A stretch of DNA of 64,000 nt from a virus (taxonomy: Duplodnaviria; Caudoviricetes): positions 3,187 to 67,186 of IMG/VR virus record IMGVR_UViG_3300032030_000075, one strand, 5' to 3'. This document shows positions 50,217-58,690 of the stretch, one piece after another. The translations under genes and the position numbers were made by a program. How positions within the stretch are numbered: the stretch's first letter is position 1; each line of letters starts with the position of its first letter. The notes beneath the pieces were generated by a model. That model worked only from the letters and a program-made list of their open reading frames with translations. It was not told the DNA's origin and did no database searches.

Positions 50217-52175
50217 TTAAATTTCACCAAAGTTACCGTCGAACTTAATTTTGATAAAATGTTCTTCATTGTCATCCTTTGAATTAAGCACAAGGTTGTG
50301 TTCTTCTTCAGTTGCAACAGACAAAACGAAAGGATTTTTCTCCCAGTCAATCAATTGGCCGTCTATTTCATCTTCTCTTGCTTTTGCTCTTTCAACCTCT
50401 TCATCGATTTGCCTTTGTAAATCCTCGTCAGCTTCAATTCTTGCTTCAGTTTCAGCACTTAAAGCCTCCCAAAGCAATTCGTCTGCTTCTTTTCTTTCCT
50501 CGGTTTCAGCGCTTAAAGCCTCCCAAAGAGCAGTATCACCACTTATTCTCTCTTCTCTTTCGGTGTCAATTGCGCCTGATAAAGTATCAATTGCTCCGGA
50601 AATTGGAACGATATACTTTTCATATATGCTGTATTCAACACGTTCAGCAATTGCTTCGTCAGAATTAATCAATGCTTGGTTATTGCAGCTATGTTCTCCA
50701 CTTTCTAAGTAAACTCTATATTCTATGTTATATTGGCAATGTTCATTACCTTCCATAACAACTATAGTTTCACCTTCATTAAGAGGCCTCTTTTCCCATA
50801 GTTTACCATTCCAAACGTTAACAAAGTAAACTATTCTGTCAAGGCTTTCATCACCTGCAACAATACTATCTTCATACTCGTTTACAAAGTTAGTACTAAT
50901 CCAAACTTGTTTACATTCAGGAACTAAAACAGTTTTATATGTAACGCCATCAATAACCTCACTCTCTAAGTAATTTTCGCCATTGTAATCTTTGACTAAT
51001 CTTAAAGAATAGAAATCATCAGGGCATTGAGCTTCTTGAACTACGCCGCATTTATCATAGTCAAACTTCTTAACATAAATGTCTTGTTTTATATCACCAT
51101 ATACGTGTGAGTTTGTCCAAAATACTGTTGACTTACCAATCTGCTTAATTTCATCATCGCAATCACGTTTATAGCCTGATGGCAAAACTCTCATACCAAT
51201 TTCATCAACACCATAGCATTCGCCATATACAATTGGTTCTTCTTCGTCGCTTGTGTCGCCACTTGTGCTTCCACTTTCCTCATCGTCACAGAAATGACCG
51301 GCAAATGGCCTTGTATCAACACATTCACATTCTATAATTTCTCCACTTTCAATATCAAGCCAAGCACATTTTGATTTTAACTTTTTGCCTGCTGTTTTAC
51401 CCAATTCAATATGGCAATCAGGTAATGAATGAGAGCAAGTGCCATCGTCAACGCACTCACATGGTTCAAAAGAGTTTAATAAACAATCCCAATCTTCTTT
51501 TGAAGGAACTCTCCAAAAACTACCATCATCACTCAATTTATTAGAAATTGATTCAATTGCTTTATAATTATAAAGCCTTCCATAATCGCTTACAATTTCT
51601 TTTGTTACATACTTATCGCCGATAGCAGGCTCTAATGGCAACTCCTCGCCTTCAATTCTATCAATAACCCTTATTGCAGGAGTATTTAACCAAAGCTTGC
51701 TAACAGAAAGCGGTGACTTTAAAGTGCCATTTCCACTAAGCGTACCATCGCTATACACTTTCGTTAACAGCCCTTCCCCATAGATTGTGTCAATGTTATT
51801 AGTAGTAACTAAACCACTAATAGGAACATTAATAAGATGCTTTTCATCATCATCGCCTAATATTTTGTATGACACATTAACAGTAGCACCACTTGATGAA
51901 CCTTCCTTTTCATCATATGGGTTATCATACACAATTTCAAGGTCATAAACAGCACCACTTAAAATAGGTGTTAAATCGACAACAAATTTCTCTCCATCGT
52001 TTCTGGTAAGAATTACAGACTTAGTTTCCTCATCTAACTCTGCACTCTTAATGTCAGCATCTTTTAATGTTTTGAAATTATGGTCAATTTGGTTTATTGA
52101 TAATTTGCAATTAAGTGTTTGGTCCTCACTATAAGGGCTAACCAACTTGTAGTAATAAAGTCCAATATTACCCAT
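50217..52175 (-). CDS. Virion-associated protein with FISUMP (Fibrobacter major paralogous)-like domain and coiled-coil C-terminus
   Basis: YGRLYNY...WRVPSKEDW...AGKKLKS...GMRVLPSGY...FWT...SLRLVKD; TATTTAT at 52211-52217. Confidence 0.7.
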   Translation of the reverse strand: MGNIGLYYYKLVSPYSEDQTLNCKLSINQIDHNFKTLKDADIKSAELDEETKSVILTRNDGEKFVVDLTPILSGAVYDLEIVYDNPYDEKEGSSSGATVNVSYKILGDDDEKHLINVPISGLVTTNNIDTIYGEGLLTKVYSDGTLSGNGTLKSPLSVSKLWLNTPAIRVIDRIEGEELPLEPAIGDKYVTKEIVSDYGRLYNYKAIESISNKLSDDGSFWRVPSKEDWDCLLNSFEPCECVDDGTCSHSLPDCHIELGKTAGKKLKSKCAWLDIESGEIIECECVDTRPFAGHFCDDEESGSTSGDTSDEEEPIVYGECYGVDEIGMRVLPSGYKRDCDDEIKQIGKSTVFWTNSHVYGDIKQDIYVKKFDYDKCGVVQEAQCPDDFYSLRLVKDYNGENYLESEVIDGVTYKTVLVPECKQVWISTNFVNEYEDSIVAGDESLDRIVYFVNVWNGKLWEKRPLNEGETIVVMEGNEHCQYNIEYRVYLESGEHSCNNQALINSDEAIAERVEYSIYEKYIVPISGAIDTLSGAIDTEREERISGDTALWEALSAETEERKEADELLWEALSAETEARIEADEDLQRQIDEEVERAKAREDEIDGQLIDWEKNPFVLSVATEEEHNLVLNSKDDNEEHFIKIKFDGNFGEI

Positions 52176-52292
52176 TTTTTACATTATTTTATTTACATTA
52201 TTAATTTAATATAAATATTATTTTTTTTTCCTTTATACATTAACAAAATGGTAATATTTATATAAACAATACAAATTTTTTAAAAAAAGTTT

Positions 52293-52616
52293 ATGAAACA
52301 CCCAAAAGGCTATTGGAAAAATAAAGAAAATATGATGAATGAGGCTAAAAAATACAGCACAAAGGAAGAATTCCAAAAAGGCAACTTAACTGCATTCTTA
52401 GCCGCCTATAGGTATGGCTATATAGATAACATGGACTGGTTGGTAACACAAAAACAGCACAAAAAAGGATATTGGACTTATGATACAATTGAAAAGGAGG
52501 CTGTAAAATATAATACAAAAACAGAATTTTTTAAAGGAAACCAAACAGCGTATAGAGCAGCATTAAAACTTGGAATAATTGATGACTTCTTTATGCTTAA
52601 TGATTATGTAGAATGA
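52293..52616 (+). CDS. Two-repeat (KGYW...EAKKY..K.EF.KGN.TA...A...G.ID) protein, nuclease-less
   Basis: Two ~53-aa repeats seen directly; TATTTAT at 52255-52261. Confidence 0.75.
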   Translation: MKHPKGYWKNKENMMNEAKKYSTKEEFQKGNLTAFLAAYRYGYIDNMDWLVTQKQHKKGYWTYDTIEKEAVKYNTKTEFFKGNQTAYRAALKLGIIDDFFMLNDYVE

Positions 52617-52629
52617 AAAAAGCAACCTA

Positions 52630-52896
52630 TTATGGTTGCTTTTTATGCGTTAAAAGTATGTTTACAACTTCCTTAATGATGTTGTGCAAATCTGATTCTG
52701 TTATTTTAACAATGGTTTGTTCATCAACCTTATTTGTAAGCCCCTTATGTTTTGTTTCAGCAAAATCTTTAACGTCATTCATTGACATTCCTTTTGCTGC
52801 CTTCTTTATTTTGCTGCTTGGATTTTTCATTTCGCCCTTTTTATAAGCATCTACCATTCCGAAAAATCTTTGCTGTGATTTGCTTTTGCTTGGCAT
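52630..52896 (-). CDS. DUF3008-like protein with C-terminal ITESDLH tag
   Basis: MPSKSKSQQRFFGMV...AKGMSMNDVKDFAETKHKGL then IVKITESDLHNIIKEVVNIL. Confidence 0.75.
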   Translation of the reverse strand: MPSKSKSQQRFFGMVDAYKKGEMKNPSSKIKKAAKGMSMNDVKDFAETKHKGLTNKVDEQTIVKITESDLHNIIKEVVNILLTHKKQP

Positions 52897-52902
52897 ACTA
52901 TT

Positions 52903-54885
52903 TTATATTTTAAACTTGTTATTTTCCCATTTATAATTATTAAATATATTCATATATTCCATTCCACAGTTATAAAATTTAAATGATTTCATATATCCAA
53001 TAAATGTTCCTGCAAAGTTTTCTTCCAATGGATATGTTCTTGTTGGATTGAGCATATAATTTGTTATAATTGTTTCTGCCAATCCTTGCGTTCCGCCTCC
53101 CAATGACATATTAAATGGCACACCTTCTTGTTTTTCATATAAATCATTAAGGGCGCGGAAATTGAAGTTTGGCAAGTTATTTGTAACATATACCAATTTT
53201 CCATTAACATAGAAATACAACTTAATATTTCCAAAGAAATTTTTTATTTTAACGTGAACTGTTTGCCATTCACATTCTTTTATAACGCCAGGGAATGAAT
53301 ACCCCTCTTCTATTGAATATTTTCCATTATTTTCAGATTCGCAGTCAAAAACCAAATATCTATATCCAATTGAGCCATCGTCTTTAATCCTTAAAGCAAA
53401 CGCATTATTATAAATGTCATTATACAAATCATCATATTTGTTATTTGCCTCATCCCTTAATTGGTCAATGTTTCTCACAGTATATCCGGTTGGAGTTCTG
53501 TTCATAAGGATAAATAAGTTTTCTTTAAACTTATTTCTTTTGCCAAAATACATCATTTGTGTTCCTTCTACCCAATCTCTTACTGTAAATCCTGAAGGAG
53601 TTCTGTCGAACAATAGAAATTTGTTATCAGTGTAGAAATAGTATAAATTACCCGACGAAAGTAAGAAGCCATTGTCTGTTTCATACTCGAAATCTGTTAT
53701 ATTAAGTTCATTTTCAAAGTAACTACCTTCTTCTTCCAAACCATCGAAATCGTCAATGTAGTCACCTTCACCGAATATGTCGTAACAAGCCAAACATTTA
53801 TTTGGATTGTAGTTTTTCACATATGCTTGTCTAACGCACCCGCAATAAGTTGTAAATGAAACTTGTTTATGCTCAACGGGCTGCTCTTTACAACACATAC
53901 AACTTATAACAGTATGTGGTAATGATTCATCAATTACTTTTGGTTTTATATCATAGTCTAAATAATCATCCATTATACTATGCCCTTCGCAATCAACAAT
54001 ATCTGAAAATAATTCTTCCTCTGTTGGGGTATAATATGATTCGTCGTAGTAGAAAAAATTTGTATAATCATCAATGTTATCTTCTACAAATTCAGGCTCA
54101 ACATTATCAAAATAGCCTATGATATAATCACTTTTATCAATGTGTGCATCTTCAATGTAATCATCATATGATAATGTAAAGCAAGATTCTCTTCCTTCTA
54201 CGTCTTCTTTGTCATAAAGATATATCCATTTATTTTCTGCTCTTGTGCCTAAATAAAAGAATATACCTTTATTCTCCGGGTATTTATCATTTAAGGTTTT
54301 ATCTGATTCTTTTTCAAATTCACATTTATTTAAAACAAATTCAAATTCCCAAGTATCATAATTTTCCATTTTAGTAGGCAATATATAATACTCATCGCAT
54401 TTTGTTTTAATAAATCCTTGATAAAATCCGCCGTTTAACTTTATAATCCCGTCTTCAACGTGCAAAGGATAATCGTATAATAAAGTAGTACCACTAACAG
54501 CGTGTAACTTAAGCCTATTATCATTCCCAATGATTTCATACTTTGATGTTGTGTATATATTAAAAAAATCCTTATTGCTAATTCTATCTTTTCTATAAGT
54601 GATTAATCCATTATCTATTCCCGTATAACCAATATTGCTTAAAACAGAATTCTTTGTATACGCACTTTCCCATTGATAATTGTCAACACTAAAAAGCCAA
54701 GTATCACCACTAACGCATTCAGGCAATGACGAATCAATGTATGATATTAAACAATTATCATACATACTATCACTATTGAAATTATATGAACCATAGGAAT
54801 CTTTATTGATAAAGAAATCCCAATATTCATCCTTATTTACCCTTATTTTTAAATTATGATAGTTATTATCCTTAAGATTAGCCAT
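52903..54885 (-). CDS. Putative virion protein with split ConA/LamG-like domain and acidic insert
   Basis: LNGGFYQG...WEFEF...GIFFYLGTRAENK...W.TVHV...LYFYVNGKL...SLGGGTQGL...FIGYMKSFKFY. Confidence 0.6.
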   Translation of the reverse strand: MANLKDNNYHNLKIRVNKDEYWDFFINKDSYGSYNFNSDSMYDNCLISYIDSSLPECVSGDTWLFSVDNYQWESAYTKNSVLSNIGYTGIDNGLITYRKDRISNKDFFNIYTTSKYEIIGNDNRLKLHAVSGTTLLYDYPLHVEDGIIKLNGGFYQGFIKTKCDEYYILPTKMENYDTWEFEFVLNKCEFEKESDKTLNDKYPENKGIFFYLGTRAENKWIYLYDKEDVEGRESCFTLSYDDYIEDAHIDKSDYIIGYFDNVEPEFVEDNIDDYTNFFYYDESYYTPTEEELFSDIVDCEGHSIMDDYLDYDIKPKVIDESLPHTVISCMCCKEQPVEHKQVSFTTYCGCVRQAYVKNYNPNKCLACYDIFGEGDYIDDFDGLEEEGSYFENELNITDFEYETDNGFLLSSGNLYYFYTDNKFLLFDRTPSGFTVRDWVEGTQMMYFGKRNKFKENLFILMNRTPTGYTVRNIDQLRDEANNKYDDLYNDIYNNAFALRIKDDGSIGYRYLVFDCESENNGKYSIEEGYSFPGVIKECEWQTVHVKIKNFFGNIKLYFYVNGKLVYVTNNLPNFNFRALNDLYEKQEGVPFNMSLGGGTQGLAETIITNYMLNPTRTYPLEENFAGTFIGYMKSFKFYNCGMEYMNIFNNYKWENNKFKI

Positions 54886-54907
54886 TGTGCTTGTATTTAT
54901 TACTACT

Positions 54908-54921
54908 TATAAATATTTATA
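54908..54921. promoter_or_regulatory. Palindromic bidirectional TATTTAT element (TATAAATATTTATA)
   Basis: Perfect 14-bp palindrome centred in the 56-bp gap between divergent genes. Confidence 0.7.
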
Positions 54922-54941
54922 TTAAATAAAATATTTCTTTT

Positions 54942-55205
54942 ATGAAGACAATAAAATTAACTGAAGAACAATTGCATTTGGTTACAGCCTTGATTGAAAG
55001 TAACGGTGGAGCACCTGATTTCGAAGATGGCGACATCAAAGAATATGGCGATTCAACTGAGAATGGAATAAGTGCAACTGTTCATGATGATGAAGGTAAT
55101 CCTAAATATGGTAAAATGCCAACTGCTGATAAAATATCAAGCAGAATGACCCCACAGAGCTATTGGGCAAATAACACTAACGGTAGAAGATTAACTGCCT
55201 ATTAA
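54942..55205 (+). CDS. Tagged small hypothetical protein
   Basis: N-terminus MKTIKLTEEQLHLVTALIE. Confidence 0.8.
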   Translation: MKTIKLTEEQLHLVTALIESNGGAPDFEDGDIKEYGDSTENGISATVHDDEGNPKYGKMPTADKISSRMTPQSYWANNTNGRRLTAY

Positions 55206-55220
55206 TTAGAAAGAAACGTT

Positions 55221-56435
55221 ATGCCATTAATAATAGAAGATGAAGGTAAATTGCTTGGTAAAAAACAAGCAAAAGTGCCTGATAAACTTATTAATAAAAT
55301 AAAACAAAACTTAAATCTCTTTGGCCAATATAAACAATCAAAGGGTTTTAAGCGTGCTAGTTCTATTGTTGATGATGACTATAATAAAAGGTCGAATAAA
55401 AAAGATAAAATTCATAATGGAGATAAAACATTATCATTTTCAGATATAAAGAAAATAGACCACGAATTTAAGAATATGAGCATCAATGACGATGATGCTA
55501 ATATGAAAAATCTTGGATATATTCTTCCAGGAGGAAATGATATGAAAAATTGGGCTCATGATACACTTAGAAAAATGAGAACAGCTGTTAAGAAAGTAAA
55601 AGGAGTTCCTCCAGTACCGAAGCTTGAAAAAAATCCATTAAAGGTGCCTGATGCTCAGAAAGATATTAAAATGGGCAATGCTTCTGTTAGATTAACGGAA
55701 GGATATGACGATGATGCTTTACATCCATATTATGAAGCAATGGAAGAAAATGGTGTGTATGAAGTATTATGTGATTTTTTGTTTAGAACCACAGATAAGC
55801 AACAATGGACGCCACTTATACAGCCTGATATGTATAAAAAAGCATTATCAGAATTTATAAGGTTTGGTAAATTTGTTCACTTTCCTGTCAAATACATATA
55901 TCAATGGATTGGAATTATAATGAATAATACAGCAAAACTAAGAGCAAATACAGAATTAGCCGGGCACGATAGTTGTTTTCCAATTGATGAACTCAAAGAT
56001 GTAATGGAACAGCATCCTGATAAATTTGCAGACGCAATAAAAAAATATGGAAACATAAATGATGAAAACTATTATAAAAACGCATATGAAATACTTGATT
56101 ATATTGGATTGTACGACTGGATGAGTATGCCTGACGGCAGCGATGCTTGGTCTGATTTTGGTCTACCTTCATTAGAAAAAGTAATAGCTGAATATAAAGA
56201 AGGAATGACTCCTGAAGAAACAATAGTCATCATTAACAAAGCTTTGGATTGCGCTCACCCAAGAGGCGATTTATCATCAATATTTATAGTTGGCGGAAGT
56301 AGAACACTTTCAGAGATTTCAGAAAGCGTTAAAAGAAATAAAAAAATAATTGTAAACGAAAACCAATTATTAGCATTAAAAGAATATCATGACCAATTGC
56401 TATTCATTAAACAAAGAAAAAGAAGTATATATTGA
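55221..56435 (+). CDS. Multi-module hypothetical protein with internal tag-like linkers; probably truncated
   Basis: Modules separated by VRLTE and ISESVKRNKKIIVNENQLLALKE. Confidence 0.75.
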   Translation: MPLIIEDEGKLLGKKQAKVPDKLINKIKQNLNLFGQYKQSKGFKRASSIVDDDYNKRSNKKDKIHNGDKTLSFSDIKKIDHEFKNMSINDDDANMKNLGYILPGGNDMKNWAHDTLRKMRTAVKKVKGVPPVPKLEKNPLKVPDAQKDIKMGNASVRLTEGYDDDALHPYYEAMEENGVYEVLCDFLFRTTDKQQWTPLIQPDMYKKALSEFIRFGKFVHFPVKYIYQWIGIIMNNTAKLRANTELAGHDSCFPIDELKDVMEQHPDKFADAIKKYGNINDENYYKNAYEILDYIGLYDWMSMPDGSDAWSDFGLPSLEKVIAEYKEGMTPEETIVIINKALDCAHPRGDLSSIFIVGGSRTLSEISESVKRNKKIIVNENQLLALKEYHDQLLFIKQRKRSIY

Positions 56436-56550
56436 TGAACCTGGAGCAAAAATAGAAGTGTTTGACGTTGTACTTGAACATGGAAAAATAAACGGACAAA
56501 ATGTTTCAGGGAAATCATTAATGAAAACACCTATCATAATAGAATATTAA
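56389..56550 (+). pseudogene. Out-of-frame remnant (or small ORF) YSLNKEKEVYIDEPGAKIEVFDV...
   Basis: Open frame overlapping the end of 55221-56435 and filling the gap to the next promoter. Confidence 0.4.
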
Positions 56551-56605
56551 AAAAAGAAAATTAACTATTTATTATTAAAATAAAATATTTAAAATTTATA
56601 TAAAT

Positions 56606-57016
56606 ATGGCACTATTAGAAAACGGACAATCTTGCCTTGAAAATAAAGGTATAGATGAAAGAAGCAAAGAAATAACTCGTTCAGATTATAATATCGAGAA
56701 CCAATATGGTCCAACGCATCCTGATGCAATTAGCAATGGGGACCCACAAGGAAAAGGTACTGGACACGGAGGTCATACTGCATATAATCCCGATTGCTCA
56801 AAACCTCTCAATATGATTGATTACAGCAATTTCGACACATTTAATGGTGGCGGAGAATATGATATTAAAGGGCGTGAAGGAATTGGAGGACGTGAAAGAA
56901 GTATGGCACGTTCTTTGTATAACCCAGAAAATCAATATGGAGCAGAACTAATTAACACGGCCGAAAATGTCGCCCAAGGTCAGTATTATATTGGTCAAAC
57001 ATTTAAACACTTATAA
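56606..57016 (+). CDS. Gly-rich hypothetical protein, probably virion-associated
   Basis: ORF after TATTTAT (56566-56572). Confidence 0.75.
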   Translation: MALLENGQSCLENKGIDERSKEITRSDYNIENQYGPTHPDAISNGDPQGKGTGHGGHTAYNPDCSKPLNMIDYSNFDTFNGGGEYDIKGREGIGGRERSMARSLYNPENQYGAELINTAENVAQGQYYIGQTFKHL

Positions 57017-57023
57017 TTAAAAC

Positions 57024-57770
57024 ATGACATTAAACCTATCTGACATATTAAATAAGGTTTTAAATGAATCGGTTGGGTCAAACGAAGTTGTGTCCGTTAT
57101 AAACAATCATAATTATGTTGATATTAATTATGTTGATGAAGAAGGACACGCTGTTGGTAGGCGTTTGATTCAACCATATGCTTATGGCCTATCTATGGCA
57201 GGAAATGAGGTTCTAAGAGCCTTTCAAATGGAAGGAGATAGCTATCGGGGACAACCTCATTGGAAAACGTTTAGATTAGATAGAATAACGTCATGGCATC
57301 CAAGAAAACAAACATTTAATATGCCGCCGCCAATGCAAGGTTATAATACTGAAGATTATAATGAGAATGGCGATGGCTCAATGTCAAAGGTATATGTACA
57401 GGCTAAATTTGGTAATAGTTTAGATGACACGTTGGCATTTGTGAAAGCACAAAGGGATTTTGTTAAAAACGCACCAAAGGTTAATTCCAAAAATACACAA
57501 GGTCCAATTCCATTTGCAAATCAGCAAAGGAAGAAAAATGTGTTCACGTCACAGCCAAATAGTAAAAAATATGCTCAATATGCTAAAAACATTCAGGATA
57601 CTGAAAATGAAATTGATAGATTCAATGATGATGTTTGGACAAAAGCAGAAGCAGAAAAACAACAACAAAATGATGCAATGTTACAAAACAGTGTTAAAAA
57701 ACCTCAGCAAATGCAGCAAGGTCCAATAAACACTAAAACTAATGATGATAAAGAAAAAAATAAACAATAA
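57024..57770 (+). CDS. WYL-domain protein (no HTH) with short N-terminal tag
   Basis: VDINY...GRRLIQPYAYG...LRAFQ...WKTFRLDRITSW; N-terminus LSDILNKVLNE. Confidence 0.8.
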   Translation: MTLNLSDILNKVLNESVGSNEVVSVINNHNYVDINYVDEEGHAVGRRLIQPYAYGLSMAGNEVLRAFQMEGDSYRGQPHWKTFRLDRITSWHPRKQTFNMPPPMQGYNTEDYNENGDGSMSKVYVQAKFGNSLDDTLAFVKAQRDFVKNAPKVNSKNTQGPIPFANQQRKKNVFTSQPNSKKYAQYAKNIQDTENEIDRFNDDVWTKAEAEKQQQNDAMLQNSVKKPQQMQQGPINTKTNDDKEKNKQ

Positions 57771-58498
57771 TGGGAATTGATGCCAATAAATTTGAGCAAA
57801 TTAAAAATAAAGCTCGAAAAATGATTCATAGCGATGCACAGGCTGATAGTGCAATTATCAAAGAGCGTCAAATGGACAGGGAAAGAACCTATAGAAGTTT
57901 AAAAGGCTCTTCAGCTCCTGCTATTACCGGTTTCGAAAATATAGCCCCTTCATATGGTTCAAATGGAACGTCTATCAGTAGAATAAATGAAAATTATTCT
58001 GATGATAATAGTGAGGAAAGATTATACGCTGCGATGGATAATAGAATGAAACAATATTCTGAAAATAGACAAGCACAACCTTCTATGGCAGTTTCACAAG
58101 CCCCAATGCAAGTTAATAAAAACCTACCAAAAGAAATTCTTGAATCGTTCAGCAATAACTACATAGACCAAAGCGTATTTGACCCCAATATGTCAGTATT
58201 GGATAAAATGGGAATAACGGGAGATAATTTGCAGCCGCAACAAGAAAGCTATGCTACGCAACAACCACAATCAACAGCAAAGGTTGATTATGAAATGATT
58301 AAGGCAATTGTGGAATCTTCTGTTAAGAAATATGTAAATGCCCTTGGTAAGAAAATGTTAACTGAAAACAAATCAGTAACAAATTTGGATGAAATAAACG
58401 CAATACAAATAACAGATAAAAAAATTGCAATAGTAACTAAAAATGGAAATCTATTCGAAGGCAAATTGCAATTTGTGAAAAACGTAAAAGGTGAGTAG
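57770..58498 (+). CDS. Hypothetical protein, 242 aa
   Basis: TAATG coupling; followed by terminator 58486-58514. Confidence 0.8.
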   Translation: MGIDANKFEQIKNKARKMIHSDAQADSAIIKERQMDRERTYRSLKGSSAPAITGFENIAPSYGSNGTSISRINENYSDDNSEERLYAAMDNRMKQYSENRQAQPSMAVSQAPMQVNKNLPKEILESFSNNYIDQSVFDPNMSVLDKMGITGDNLQPQQESYATQQPQSTAKVDYEMIKAIVESSVKKYVNALGKKMLTENKSVTNLDEINAIQITDKKIAIVTKNGNLFEGKLQFVKNVKGE

Positions 58499-58690
58499 TT
58501 AACTCACCTTTTTTATTTGCGCATAAAAAAACTTTTAAAGAAAGTATTTACCGAGACGAAAAAAAACTTATACTTTGTAAAAGCAATAATGTTAAATTGC
58601 TATATTATGACAGAGAACACGGTCGCACTGAATTTTTAAGCGAAAAAGTTTTTAACTAAAAAAATAATTTAATAAATGAAATAATTAATT

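Noticed and set aside
58515-58690. Possible ncRNA or tRNA in the intergenic gap
   Set aside because: No cloverleaf, T-loop or convincing stable stems visible; probably a promoter/leader region
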